Source: Bacteroidales bacterium
GTDB lineage: Bacteria; Bacteroidota; Bacteroidia; Bacteroidales; UBA7960
DNA: 64,000 bases
Assembly (NCBI GenBank): GCA_003550725.1
Contig: PUKZ01000003.1
Location: forward strand, 31,124-95,123
Direction of reading: 5' to 3'
Below are positions 44,941 through 55,480 of the stretch, piece by piece; the stretch's first letter is position 1; every line of letters begins with the position of its first letter. The notes beneath the pieces were generated by a model. That model saw only the letters and a program-made list of their open reading frames with translations. It was not told where the DNA came from and did not search any database. The position numbers and the translations under genes were made by a program.

Positions 44941-45822
44941 ATGGCAAAACAAGAAGATATTATTGTAGGCAGGAGGCTTAAGAGCTCATACATTTCTACA
45001 GTGGTTAGTATAACACTTGTATTATATGTATTGGGTTTGTTAGGGTTAATAGTATTACACGCACAAAAAATATCAGGCCATATTCAGGAAAACATTGGAT
45101 TCCAGGTGATACTGGCAGAAAATGCCGGGCAACCCGAAGTAATGTCAATGCAAAGAACTATTGATGCTATGCCGGCAGTGAAATCTTCTAAGTTTATTTC
45201 CAAAGAAGAAGCTGCCGAAGACTTAATGGATGAATTGGGTGAAGACTTTGTTGACTTTCTCGGATATAACCCACTTTTCCCTTCAATAGATGTTAGACTA
45301 AGAGCTGATTATACACATCCTGATTCCATTCAAATTTTCGAAAATCAATTAACAGAAAACAGAATAGTAAAAGAAGTATATTACCAAAAATCCTTAGTGC
45401 ATTTGATTAATGAAAATGTCAGAAGAATAGGTTTTGTGTTACTTCTTTTCAGTGCTTTACTTACAATAATTGCATTTGCACTTATAAATAACACAATAAG
45501 ACTTAGTGTTTTTGCAAAACGTTTTCTTATAAAAAGCATGCAGCTTGTAGGTGCAACACAATCCTTTATAAGAAGGCCATTTGTTATTAAAGGTATTACA
45601 CAGGGAATTATAGGATCAATAATAGCTATAGGCCTACTTATTTTTACACTATACACGGCGCAAAGACAAATACCAGATTTACAGGCGTTTCAGGATATCA
45701 CTTTGCTGTTTTTGCTTTTTGCTCTTATTGTAATTTTAGGTATTATAATAAGCTGGGTTTCGTCTTATTTTGCAGTTAGGAAATATTTGAAAATAAAAAC
45801 CGATTATCTTTACTTTTATTAG
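44941..45822 (+). CDS. ftsX: Cell division protein FtsX-like permease
   Basis: 293 aa with one N-terminal TM helix, a periplasmic domain, then three C-terminal TM helices (FtsX topology). No ftsE gene is adjacent. Confidence 0.8.
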   Translation: MAKQEDIIVGRRLKSSYISTVVSITLVLYVLGLLGLIVLHAQKISGHIQENIGFQVILAENAGQPEVMSMQRTIDAMPAVKSSKFISKEEAAEDLMDELGEDFVDFLGYNPLFPSIDVRLRADYTHPDSIQIFENQLTENRIVKEVYYQKSLVHLINENVRRIGFVLLLFSALLTIIAFALINNTIRLSVFAKRFLIKSMQLVGATQSFIRRPFVIKGITQGIIGSIIAIGLLIFTLYTAQRQIPDLQAFQDITLLFLLFALIVILGIIISWVSSYFAVRKYLKIKTDYLYFY

Positions 45823-45836
45823 AAAATTTAAAAAAT

Positions 45837-46088
45837 ATGGCAAAAAAAAAACAACCCGAAAAAGAATTGTTGTTTGATAAACGCAAGTACACTTTGTTGA
45901 TTGCAGGATTGCTGATCATAGCATTAGGCTTTATCCTTATGATTGGAGGAGGCACAGAAGATCCAACAAAATTTTCTGAAGATATATTCAGCTTTAGAAG
46001 AATCACTTTGGCACCTATTTTGGTAATACTAGGCTTTGCTTTGCAAATTTATGTTATCCTCAGCAAAAAGGGTAATAAATCTACATGA
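45837..46088 (+). CDS. DUF3098 domain-containing small membrane protein
   Basis: 83 aa with two TM helices and FSFRRITLAP. It sits in the conserved position between ftsX and uppP. Confidence 0.65.
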   Translation: MAKKKQPEKELLFDKRKYTLLIAGLLIIALGFILMIGGGTEDPTKFSEDIFSFRRITLAPILVILGFALQIYVILSKKGNKST

Positions 46089-46346
46089 GATACCATCAAT
46101 AAAAAGTAAACATGTTAGCCTTGTTAATGCTAATCCACCATTAAAAGTATTCTGTTAGCTGTAAAAAGGCTTTAATATCTTTTCCATTGATTTTAGTATT
46201 TTTTTTATTTATCCCGGAAGTGGTCTGTAATGTTGTTTTTTTTACGCTTTAAATTAAACTAAACATTTTATTTTATTTAATTTTTTTCTGAAGTCTTCAC
46301 GTAAAATTTAATTTTTGCTAATCCAAAACCCGATAATAATTTTTTT

Positions 46347-46354
46347 TATTTTTG
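46347..46354 (+). promoter_or_regulatory. Candidate -7 promoter box for uppP-truB
   Basis: TATTTTTG lies 31 nt upstream of the ATG at 46386. Confidence 0.4.
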
Positions 46355-46385
46355 CGCAAATTATATTCATAAAGTAAATTTATAT

Positions 46386-47180
46386 ATGAGTTGGCTTGAA
46401 GCATTTATACTTGGCCTTTTACAAGGCCTTACCGAGTTTTTACCTGTAAGCAGCAGTGGTCATTTAGAACTGGGAGGAGCTTTATTCGGATTAGAAGACC
46501 CTCACGATTTTTTTACTTTTAACATAATTGTACATGGTGCAACATTCTTGAGTGTTGTAGTAGTATTTTGGCGTGATATTGTTTCATTGGTAACAAATTT
46601 TTTCAGATTCAAGTGGAATTCTGAAATGCGTTTTGCTTTATTATTATTGGCATCTGCAGTACCCACAGGTATTGTAGGCTTACTTTTTGAAGAACAAATA
46701 GAAAGCATTTTTGAAGGCAGGGTTTCATTCATTGGGTTTATGCTTCTTATCACAGCTACTTTGCTTTTCCTGACACGTTTTATACCAAAGAATGACAAAG
46801 ACGTTACACTGAAAAGTGCCATTACAATTGGTATTGCGCAAACATTTGCAATACTTCCCGGCATTAGCCGTAGCGGGGCCACAATCAGCACGGCTTTGTT
46901 TTTTGGTATTGAGAGAACCAGGGCAATACGCTTCTCTTTCATAATGGCGCTGATTCCAATATTTGGGGCTAATTTCCTTAAGATAGTCAGAATGTCAGAA
47001 GAAGTTGGAAGCGCATCTATAGATATAGCACCCATGTTAATAGGTGCCATAACTGCTTTTATTGCAGGTATAATTGCCTGCAAATGGATGTTAAACATTG
47101 TAAGAAGAGGAAAAATAGAATATTTCTCCATTTATTGCCTGATAGTAGGCTTAACGGCTATAATTGCCGGCAGCATTTAA
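46386..47180 (+). CDS. uppP: Undecaprenyl-diphosphate phosphatase
   Basis: 264 aa with LGLLQGLTEFLPVSSSGHL and PGISRSGATI, the BacA/UppP signature motifs. Confidence 0.9.
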   Translation: MSWLEAFILGLLQGLTEFLPVSSSGHLELGGALFGLEDPHDFFTFNIIVHGATFLSVVVVFWRDIVSLVTNFFRFKWNSEMRFALLLLASAVPTGIVGLLFEEQIESIFEGRVSFIGFMLLITATLLFLTRFIPKNDKDVTLKSAITIGIAQTFAILPGISRSGATISTALFFGIERTRAIRFSFIMALIPIFGANFLKIVRMSEEVGSASIDIAPMLIGAITAFIAGIIACKWMLNIVRRGKIEYFSIYCLIVGLTAIIAGSI

Positions 47181-47185
47181 AGCTC

Positions 47186-47893
47186 ATGAATTCAGAAAAA
47201 CAATTAAAAGAATCTTTGGTAATAGGGCGCATGTTGCTTTTGGATAAACCATATCAATGGACATCATTTGATGTGGTAAACAAGATCAGAGTATTGTTGC
47301 GTTATAAACTCGACATTAAAAAAATAAAAATAGGACATGCCGGCACTTTAGACCCGCTGGCTACAGGATTATTAATTATATGCACAGGCCAAATGACCAA
47401 GTCGATCCATGAATTTCAAAACATGGATAAAGAGTATACCGGCACCTTCTATCTTGGAGCAACAACACCTTCATTCGACCTTGAAACATCTCCTGATAAA
47501 AATTACCCCATTGAGCATATTACAAAAAAAATGATCATTGACGCGACAAAATTACTGACAGGAAAAATAGAACAATTGCCACCATTGTATTCTGCAAAAA
47601 AAATCAATGGCAAACGCGCTTACAAATATGCAAGAAAAGGTGAAAACGAAACTCCGATCAAATCAAACCCGGTTCATATATATAACTTCAAAATAACAAG
47701 GATAGAACTCCCCGAAGTAGATTTCAATATTGAATGCAGCAAAGGAACATATATAAGATCTTTAGCGCGTGATTTTGGAGCTTACCTCCAGTCAGGCGCC
47801 TATCTTAAATCTTTAAGGCGAATTAGAATTGGAAAGTACCGGGTATGCGATGCATTTAGCTTAGAGCAATTAGAAAAGTTTTTAAAAAATTAA
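47186..47893 (+). CDS. truB: tRNA pseudouridine(55) synthase
   Basis: The track ORF begins at 47084, inside uppP. I place the start at the in-frame ATG 47186 (MNSEKQLKESLVIGRMLLLDKPYQWTSFDVV). The catalytic motif is GHAGTLDPLATG. Confidence 0.9.
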   Translation: MNSEKQLKESLVIGRMLLLDKPYQWTSFDVVNKIRVLLRYKLDIKKIKIGHAGTLDPLATGLLIICTGQMTKSIHEFQNMDKEYTGTFYLGATTPSFDLETSPDKNYPIEHITKKMIIDATKLLTGKIEQLPPLYSAKKINGKRAYKYARKGENETPIKSNPVHIYNFKITRIELPEVDFNIECSKGTYIRSLARDFGAYLQSGAYLKSLRRIRIGKYRVCDAFSLEQLEKFLKN

Positions 47894-48256
47894 AGGAGTA
47901 GTGCCCTTTATTTTCAATAAACATTTTTATAAAAAATCAAACAATTTATTTTTCCTAAATGTTAAAATTTCACAAATAATCAGCTTTTTTTTTATAGTTA
48001 AATCATAATAAATTATGCAACATAATGAAAAAACATATTTAGTTATTGTTTTTTATTTTTAAACTATTATTGACAAAAGCCTTTTCAAATATTATATTTG
48101 TAAATCTTATCAAAAAATATTTAATTTTTATCAAATCATACCTAAAATCAATTACCTGTGATTTAACAATTATTATTTGATTGGGTAAAGCGAAAAACAG
48201 CCGGCTGTTTTCCACCGAAATAAACATAATTTATAAAATTAAAATAAGATAGTAAG

Positions 48257-49306
48257 ATGAAGTTATCGGATTTTAAAATAAACTTGCCTTCAGGTTTGAT
48301 TGCCAAGCATCCCGCAAATAATCGTGATGAATCAAGATTAATGGTTCTTGACAGAAAAAAACAAACCATAGAGCATAAGATTTTTAAAGATATAATGAAT
48401 TATTTTGATGATGGTGACATCATGGTGCTTAATAACACTAAGGTTTTTCCTGCCCGATTATATGGAATTAAAGAAAAGACCGGGGCAAAAATAGAGGTAT
48501 TTTTGCTAAGGGAGCTTAACCGCGAAACACGATTATGGGATGTAATGGTTGATCCTGCAAGAAAGATAAGGATTGGTAACAAGCTCTATTTTGGCGAAGA
48601 TGATAATCTAGTAGCTGAAGTTATAGATAATACTACCTCTAGGGGTCGTACTCTCAGGTTTCTTTTCGACGGAACTTACAATGAGTTTAAAAAAACGCTT
48701 GAAGCTCTTGGCGAAACACCAATACCTAAACAGATCAACAGACCTGTAACAGATGAAGATAAAGAACGCTATCAAACCGTATTTGCCAAAAGAGAGGGAG
48801 CTGTTGTTGCTCCTACAGCAGGAATGCATTTTAGTCGCGAATTAATAAAAAGACTCGAAATTAAAGGGGTTACTTTTACAGAATTAACTCTGCATGCAGG
48901 TTTAGGTAATTTTAGAAGTGTTGATGTTGAAGACCTAAGTAAACACAAAATGGATTCCGAACAATTTCTTATCGAACAAAGAACTGTTGATATTGTCAAC
49001 AAGGCAAAAGAAAAACGAAAAAAAATATGTGCTGTTGGAACCACCACCATGAGGGCATTAGAGTCATCAGTATCTATTGCAGGTTATCTTAAACCAAATG
49101 AAGGCTGGACAAACAAATTTATATATCCGCCTTATGATTTTAGTGTAGCAAATTGTATGGTAACAAATTTTCACCTCCCTCAATCAACCCAAATGATGAT
49201 GGCATCTGCCTTTGCAGGTCATGATTTTCTTATTAAGGCTTACAAAACAGCTATTAAAGAAAAATACAATTTTTTCACATATGGAGATGCTATGTTGATT
49301 ATATGA
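48257..49306 (+). CDS. queA: S-adenosylmethionine:tRNA ribosyltransferase-isomerase
   Basis: 349 aa with [39 protein letters not shown] and [12 protein letters not shown]. Confidence 0.95.
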   Translation: MKLSDFKINLPSGLIAKHPANNRDESRLMVLDRKKQTIEHKIFKDIMNYFDDGDIMVLNNTKVFPARLYGIKEKTGAKIEVFLLRELNRETRLWDVMVDPARKIRIGNKLYFGEDDNLVAEVIDNTTSRGRTLRFLFDGTYNEFKKTLEALGETPIPKQINRPVTDEDKERYQTVFAKREGAVVAPTAGMHFSRELIKRLEIKGVTFTELTLHAGLGNFRSVDVEDLSKHKMDSEQFLIEQRTVDIVNKAKEKRKKICAVGTTTMRALESSVSIAGYLKPNEGWTNKFIYPPYDFSVANCMVTNFHLPQSTQMMMASAFAGHDFLIKAYKTAIKEKYNFFTYGDAMLII

Positions 49307-49314
49307 TTTAAAAT

Positions 49315-49998
49315 ATGCAAAAAAAAGCTGTATTAATTACATCAGGTGGAAAAGGTTTGCGAATGCAAACAAAAACCCCAAAACAATTCATTGTTATAAA
49401 TGAAAAACCTGTGTTGTTTCACACAATTACAGCTTTTATACAATATGAATCAGACATCAAAATAGTAGTAGTTCTGCCTGAAGACTTGATAGGTCAATGG
49501 AAAGAACTTTGTCAAAAACATAACTTTTCTCATAAACATACAATTGTTTCAGGTGGCCCTACAAGATTTCATTCCGTAAAAGCAGGCTTAAAACATATTC
49601 CTGACAATCACATTGTAGCTATACATGATGGCGTCAGGCCAATGGTAAGCAAAGAAACTATTCAAAAAACATTTGACTTTGCCAGGCGTTTTGGCAATGC
49701 CATACCTGTTGTTGGTATTAATGAATCAATCAGGAAAGTTGAAGGAGCAGTTAATAAAACAGAAGACCGTAATAAAATAAAAATAGTACAAACTCCCCAA
49801 ACATTCATATCGGAAAAGATTAAAAAAGCATATAATCAAAATTACAGGGACAGTTTCACAGACGATGCTACTGTACTTGAGTCAACAGGAGAAAGAATAT
49901 TTCTTGTAGATGGTAACAGCGAAAATATTAAAATAACCATGCCTGAAGATATCCTGTTTGCAAAAACTATTTTAAAACAAAAAAGCAAAAACAAGTAG
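49315..49998 (+). CDS. ispD: 2-C-methyl-D-erythritol 4-phosphate cytidylyltransferase
   Basis: 227 aa with AVLITSGGKGLRM, IHDGVRP and VQTPQTF. Confidence 0.9.
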   Translation: MQKKAVLITSGGKGLRMQTKTPKQFIVINEKPVLFHTITAFIQYESDIKIVVVLPEDLIGQWKELCQKHNFSHKHTIVSGGPTRFHSVKAGLKHIPDNHIVAIHDGVRPMVSKETIQKTFDFARRFGNAIPVVGINESIRKVEGAVNKTEDRNKIKIVQTPQTFISEKIKKAYNQNYRDSFTDDATVLESTGERIFLVDGNSENIKITMPEDILFAKTILKQKSKNK

Positions 49999-50005
49999 CT
50001 GCATA

Positions 50006-51340
50006 TTATAATGCTTCACCTAACAGGGTTGCAGATGTACACTTCTCAATTTTAACCTTAACATAAGATCCGGGTTCAAAACCTTTATCTTTAAAAACCA
50101 CTACCTTATTCTGTGAATTTCTGCCCATCATTTTATCTTTTGACCTTTTAGACTTCCCTTCAACCAATACAGTAAAAACTTTGCCTATATCACTTTTATT
50201 ACTTTCATGTGAGAGCTTTTGTTGTAGTTGAATTATTTCTTCCAATCGCTTTGTTTTAATCTCTTCAGGTACATCATCCACTAGTTTTGCTCCGGTTGTT
50301 CCGGGTCTCTCAGAATATTTAAACATAAAAGCAAAATCAAACATTGACTCCTCCATCAATTTTAGTGTCTGTTGATGATCTTTTTCCGTTTCTCCGCAAA
50401 AACCCGTTATAATATCGGTAGTAACAGAACATTTCGGAATCATATTTCTTATCGCAGTCAACCGTTGTTTGTATGACTCAGCCGTATATTTCCGGTTCAT
50501 CCTTTTTAAAACAGAGTTACTGCCCGATTGCACCGGCAAATGAATTGCCCGGCATATATTAGGATTGGAGGCTATCACTTCAATAAGCCTGTCAGACAAG
50601 TCTTTAGGATGTGAAGTAGCAAAACGGATTCTTGCTTGTGGAAGTCTGTGTGCTATTTCACCAATCAAGTCGGGGAAATTTATATTTCCTTTATCTGAAG
50701 GTTCTTTCCAATTATAAGAATTAACATTTTGGCCTAAAAGGGTCAGTTCACGGTAACCTTCTTCATATAGCTGATTTGCTTCCTCTATAATAGAGCCGGG
50801 ATTGCGGCTTCTTTCCTTTCCCCTTGTTGAAGGTACAACACAATAAGAGCAATGATTTTCGCACCCCCGCATAATAGAAATAAAAGCAGAAACCCCATTT
50901 GAGGCATACCTGACAGGTGTAACATCTGCATAAGTCTCTTCAGCTGATAAAATAACATTAATAGCTTGCTGCCCACCTTCAACGTTTTTAATCAAATTGG
51001 GCAAATCACGGTAGGCATCGGGCCCCACTACCATATCTACTCGCATACCGAGTTTTGATTCCTCCAACAAACTGGTCTTTGCGCGTTCTGCCAAACAACC
51101 TAGAACTCCAATTATAATACCTGAATTATTTTTTCGCAAAGACTGTATCTGGCGTAAACGCTTAAACACCCTTTGTTCAGCATTATCGCGTATAGAGCAT
51201 GTATTAATGAAAATAACATGAGCCTTGCATATATCATTGGTAATTTTATATCCATTTTCATGCATTATGGAAGCAACAATCTCACTGTCAGAAAAATTCA
51301 TCTGACATCCATAAGTTTCAATATATAATTTTCTAACCAC
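50006..51340 (-). CDS. miaB: tRNA (N6-isopentenyl adenosine(37)-C2)-methylthiotransferase
   Basis: 444 aa with a GTG start. The UPF0004 domain reads YIETYGCQMNFSDSE. The radical SAM motif is MRGCENHCSYCVVP, and there is a C-terminal TRAM domain. Confidence 0.9.
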   Translation of the reverse strand: MVRKLYIETYGCQMNFSDSEIVASIMHENGYKITNDICKAHVIFINTCSIRDNAEQRVFKRLRQIQSLRKNNSGIIIGVLGCLAERAKTSLLEESKLGMRVDMVVGPDAYRDLPNLIKNVEGGQQAINVILSAEETYADVTPVRYASNGVSAFISIMRGCENHCSYCVVPSTRGKERSRNPGSIIEEANQLYEEGYRELTLLGQNVNSYNWKEPSDKGNINFPDLIGEIAHRLPQARIRFATSHPKDLSDRLIEVIASNPNICRAIHLPVQSGSNSVLKRMNRKYTAESYKQRLTAIRNMIPKCSVTTDIITGFCGETEKDHQQTLKLMEESMFDFAFMFKYSERPGTTGAKLVDDVPEEIKTKRLEEIIQLQQKLSHESNKSDIGKVFTVLVEGKSKRSKDKMMGRNSQNKVVVFKDKGFEPGSYVKVKIEKCTSATLLGEAL

Positions 51341-51382
51341 TTCTTATTATAAAAAATATTTATTAATCAACCTTTTGCAATG

Positions 51383-51390
51383 CAAAAATA
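51383..51390 (-). promoter_or_regulatory. Candidate -7 promoter box for miaB
   Basis: The minus strand reads TATTTTTG, 42 nt upstream of the GTG at 51340. It is embedded in the palindrome TTTTGCA-A-TGCAAAA. Confidence 0.35.
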
Positions 51391-51556
51391 CTTAATTTCA
51401 ATGTGAAATCTTTTAAAATTTTTTCTTAAAGATGTTGATTGTAAATTCCTTTTGCTTTTCTTTGCAAGCTGTAAAAATTTTACTTTATAAAATATACTTT
51501 TTCTGTATAAATTAAGTTAATACAACCCTACAATATAATAATATCAAAAAGTTATT

Positions 51557-53893
51557 ATGGAAAAAAACCTGGTAATCGTTGAATCACCGGCAAAAGCCAA
51601 AACCATCAAAAATTTTTTAGGCAAGCAATACCTTGTAAAATCAAGTTACGGGCACGTTCGTGATCTCTCAAAATCAAAACTAGGTGTTGATGTCGAAAAT
51701 AATTTTTCTCCTAATTACGAAATACCATCAGATAAGAAGGCTGTAGTAAGTGAATTGAAAAAATTATCGAAACAAACTGATACGGTTTGGCTCGCAACTG
51801 ATGAAGACCGTGAGGGAGAAGCTATTTCGTGGCATCTGGCCGAAAGCCTGAATTTGGATGAAAAAAAATATAAGCGCATAGTATTTCATGAAATTACTCC
51901 AAAAGCTATAAAGCAAGCAATTGAAAACCCGCGAAAAATAGATACTAATCTTGTAAATGCTCAACAGGCAAGGCGAATTCTCGACAGGCTAGTTGGCTTT
52001 GAGTTGTCTCCGCTTTTATGGAAAAAAGTAAAACCTTCTCTGTCTGCGGGCAGGGTTCAGTCGGTTGCTGTCAGGCTCATTGTAGAGCGCGAGAGGGAAA
52101 TAAAAAACTTCAAACCTGAGGTATCATATAGAATATACGCTTACTTTCAGGTGGAGAGCAAAGGCCAAAAACATACTTTCAGGGCAGAATTACCAAAAAG
52201 GTTTAAAACAAAAAAGGAGGCTCTTGAATTCCTGGAATCATGTAAAGATGCAGTTTACATAGTAGAAAAAACTGAAACCAAGCCATCAAAAAAATCACCT
52301 GCTGCACCCTTTACAACTTCAACATTACAACAAGAAGCAAGCCGAAAACTAGGTTTTTCTGTCGCAAGAACCATGACAGTTGCACAAAGACTTTACGAGT
52401 CAGGTATGATAACATATATGCGTACTGACTCGGTAAACCTTTCCAATACAGCTATAGAAGCAACAAAAAAAATTATTTTACAACAATATGGCGAAAGCTA
52501 TTTAAAAACCCGGAAATACACAGCCAAGTCAAAAGGCGCACAAGAAGCACATGAAGCCATTCGCCCAACTTTCATGAAAGAAAATGAAATTAAAGGAACC
52601 CAGGACGATCAAAAACTTTATGATTTGATTTGGAAAAGAACAATTGCTTCACAAATGAGCGATGCTTTATTTGATAAAACTAATGTAACAATAAACATTT
52701 CAACTTCAGAACATAAATTTCAGGCTTCGGGTGAAGTATTGAAGTTTGACGGTTTCTTAAAAGTTTATATTGAATCTACTGATGATGAGGAAGAAACCGA
52801 AACAAGTATATTGCCACCTTTGAAAACAAATGAAAAGCTTCAGCTTAACGAAATAAATGCAATACAAAGATTTTCGAAGCATCCGCCGAGATATACCGAA
52901 GCCAGTCTTGTTAAAAAACTCGAAGAGCTTGGTATTGGCAGACCTTCTACTTATGCACCAACTATTTCAACTATTCAAAAACGCGAATATGTTGTAAAAG
53001 AAAGCAAAGAAGGAGTAAAAAGAAATTTTGATTTTATAGTTTTAAAAGACAATAAAATTAATGAAACTAAAAGATCTGAAAATACAGGAGTTGAAAAGAA
53101 CAAGCTTTTTCCAACTGATATAGGTATTGTTGTAACAAATTTTTTGCTTGAATATTTTAATAATATTTTAGACTATAATTTCACTGCAAACCTTGAAAAG
53201 GAGTTTGATGATATTGCAAAGGGGCTGAATCAATGGAACAAAGTAATAGATAATTTTTACTGGACTTTCCACGAAAAAGTTGAAGATACCAACAAAAAAT
53301 CTCAAAAATTTTCGGGTGAAAGGTTACTTGGCAAAGACCCTTCAACAGGCCGCAATGTATATGCGAAAATAGGCAGGTATGGGCCTATGGTACAAATAGG
53401 AGATGCAGAAGAAGATGAAAAACCAAAATTTGCAGCAATACTCAAAGAACAAAGCCTTGAAAATATTACACTAAAAGAAGCTCTTGATCTTTTTAAGCTC
53501 CCACGCTCTATAGGAAATTATGAAGGCAAAGAGCTTGTTGCATCAATAGGAAGGTACGGGCCATATATAAGATTCGATAATAAGTTTTTCTCTATACCGG
53601 CCGATGAAGATCCATTATCTATAAATAAGGACAGGGCCATAGAATTAATTGAAGAAAAAAGAGAAGCAGAAAGAAAAAAAGTTATCAAAAATTTTGATAA
53701 TGACAGCGAAACAAAAATTCTTAAAGGCAGATGGGGCCCTTACATATCTCATAAAGGCAAGAATATCAAGATACCCAAAAATTTAAACCCCGAAACTATT
53801 GACTATAATGAATGTTTAGAATTAATAAAACAGGCAACCTCTGATAAAAAAAAACGTACAACAAGTAAAAAAGCTGCCAAAAAGAAAAAATAG
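51557..53893 (+). CDS. topA: DNA topoisomerase I
   Basis: 778 aa with the Toprim domain LVIVESPAKAKTI and the catalytic region YMRTDS. The C-terminus has three GR(Y/W)GPY-type repeats and a Lys-rich tail instead of Cys4 zinc ribbons. Confidence 0.95.
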   Translation: MEKNLVIVESPAKAKTIKNFLGKQYLVKSSYGHVRDLSKSKLGVDVENNFSPNYEIPSDKKAVVSELKKLSKQTDTVWLATDEDREGEAISWHLAESLNLDEKKYKRIVFHEITPKAIKQAIENPRKIDTNLVNAQQARRILDRLVGFELSPLLWKKVKPSLSAGRVQSVAVRLIVEREREIKNFKPEVSYRIYAYFQVESKGQKHTFRAELPKRFKTKKEALEFLESCKDAVYIVEKTETKPSKKSPAAPFTTSTLQQEASRKLGFSVARTMTVAQRLYESGMITYMRTDSVNLSNTAIEATKKIILQQYGESYLKTRKYTAKSKGAQEAHEAIRPTFMKENEIKGTQDDQKLYDLIWKRTIASQMSDALFDKTNVTINISTSEHKFQASGEVLKFDGFLKVYIESTDDEEETETSILPPLKTNEKLQLNEINAIQRFSKHPPRYTEASLVKKLEELGIGRPSTYAPTISTIQKREYVVKESKEGVKRNFDFIVLKDNKINETKRSENTGVEKNKLFPTDIGIVVTNFLLEYFNNILDYNFTANLEKEFDDIAKGLNQWNKVIDNFYWTFHEKVEDTNKKSQKFSGERLLGKDPSTGRNVYAKIGRYGPMVQIGDAEEDEKPKFAAILKEQSLENITLKEALDLFKLPRSIGNYEGKELVASIGRYGPYIRFDNKFFSIPADEDPLSINKDRAIELIEEKREAERKKVIKNFDNDSETKILKGRWGPYISHKGKNIKIPKNLNPETIDYNECLELIKQATSDKKKRTTSKKAAKKKK

Positions 53894-53914
53894 TAGTTTT
53901 GAAACCTTGAATTT

Positions 53915-55099
53915 ATGGAAATAACTGATTTTCTTGAGCCTGTAAACAAAAAAAACATTCATCAACCTGATAAGCAGCATCCGTTAGCATTATCAGAAAT
54001 TATAACAACATACTATGACAAAAGTCATTTTCCTGACCTTGATAATGTTGATATAGCCCTTATAGGAATAAAAGAAGACCGTAGCGCCCTGATGAATAAG
54101 GGATGCCGGCTTGCTCCCGATTATGTTAGAAAGTATTTATATCAACTTTTTCAGGGAAATTTTAAAGCAAAAATAGCAGACATAGGAGATATAATACCCG
54201 GCGAAACTGTTGATGACACATATTCTGCCGTAAAGTTTACTATTGCCAGCCTTATTGAAAATAATGTAGTGCCTGTTATTATCGGTGGCAGCCAGGATTT
54301 AACCTATGCAAATTATCTGGCTTACGAATCCCTTGGCCAAATTATAAACATTGTCACAGTCGACTCCTCTTTTGATCTCGGAACTGACAAACAATCTATT
54401 AATAATTCCAACTATCTGAGCGCAATATTTACTCATCAACATAACTACTTGTTCAACTTTACCAATATTGGTTACCAAACCTACTTTGTTGACCCGGATG
54501 CTTTAGAATTAATGGATAAGCTTTATTTTGATGTTTATCGTATAGGCTATGTGCGCCAAAATATACAGGAAGTAGAACCTATTGTCAGAAATGGCGATAT
54601 GCTTTCCTTTGACATATCAAGTATTCGCCAGTCTGATGCACCTGCAACACCTAACTCCTCTCCAAATGGCTTTTATGGAGAAGAAGCCTGCCAAATCATA
54701 AGATATGCAGGCTTGAGTGAAAAATTATCTTCAATTGGGTTTTATGAATTAAATCCCGCATTTGATAAAGGAGAACAATCTGCACACATGGTTGCTCAAA
54801 TGATTTGGTATTTCATAGATGGATTTTATAGCAGGCAAAATGATTTTCCCGGAAAAGTTAACAAAGACTCAAATAAATACGTAAAATACGTTGTATCTTT
54901 TAAAGATTTTCAAAATGAAATTGTTTTTTACAAAAGCAAAATGAGCGACCGCTGGTGGATGGAAATTCCATGCTCGTCAGGCACACAAAATAAATATGAA
55001 CGCCAACACCTGGTTCCATGCTCCTATAAAGATTACCAATCGGCTTGCAGTGAAGAAATACCAGAAAAATGGTGGCAAGTTTACCAGAAATTTCTGTAA
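53915..55099 (+). CDS. Arginase/formimidoylglutamase-fold protein with substituted metal-ligand positions and a ~80-aa C-terminal extension
   Basis: 394 aa. The overall pattern matches ureohydrolases (ALIGIKEDR..., IIGGSQDLTY, VTVDSSFDLG, LSFDISSIRQSDAP, FYELNP). However, the positions aligned by eye with GGxH, DAHxD and DxD carry Q, S and S. Confidence 0.6.
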   Translation: MEITDFLEPVNKKNIHQPDKQHPLALSEIITTYYDKSHFPDLDNVDIALIGIKEDRSALMNKGCRLAPDYVRKYLYQLFQGNFKAKIADIGDIIPGETVDDTYSAVKFTIASLIENNVVPVIIGGSQDLTYANYLAYESLGQIINIVTVDSSFDLGTDKQSINNSNYLSAIFTHQHNYLFNFTNIGYQTYFVDPDALELMDKLYFDVYRIGYVRQNIQEVEPIVRNGDMLSFDISSIRQSDAPATPNSSPNGFYGEEACQIIRYAGLSEKLSSIGFYELNPAFDKGEQSAHMVAQMIWYFIDGFYSRQNDFPGKVNKDSNKYVKYVVSFKDFQNEIVFYKSKMSDRWWMEIPCSSGTQNKYERQHLVPCSYKDYQSACSEEIPEKWWQVYQKFL

Positions 55100-55480
55100 T
55101 AAATTAAATTATAAAAAAAAATGAACCCGCTAATTATCAATGAATAAATAATATCAAATATCAAAAATTTCTGTTAGATAACATACAATTTTCACACATA
55201 GAATTAATTTACAGTAAATTTACGGATAAATACTATTACATACCGCAATATTTTTGTATGGTATTAATATGATTAAAGGTGATATATTAATATGCTTTAA
55301 ATCAATTGTTCTTTGAAAACTTGGTCTCAAAAATATAGAAAAGTAGTATTGGCAATAAAAAAAATTATATTATTTTTACACTCTTTTTGCAAAAATGAAT
55401 TTTATTTATAATATTTATCTCTTTGTTTATTTCAATGATTTTTTAAAAAAGTGATAAAGGATAAACGAATATAACATATA

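Noticed and set aside
46502-47131. A 209-aa ORF on the minus strand.
   Set aside because: It lies entirely antisense to uppP, which has the BacA signature motifs. It is a shadow ORF with a hydrophobic mirror composition and no recognisable motif.
47084-47185. The upstream extension of truB given by the ORF track.
   Set aside because: It would overlap the last ~100 nt of uppP with non-TruB-like sequence. The in-frame ATG at 47186 gives the normal TruB N-terminus.
48093-48212. A TATATTTG box (48093-48100) followed ~95 nt later by the hairpin AAACAGCCGGCTGTTT (48194-48211). This could be an sRNA or a queA leader attenuator.
   Set aside because: The stem is only ~7 bp and mostly A-U. The T-run is part of the stem rather than following it. 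No preQ1-type aptamer motif was seen. The evidence is too weak to call.
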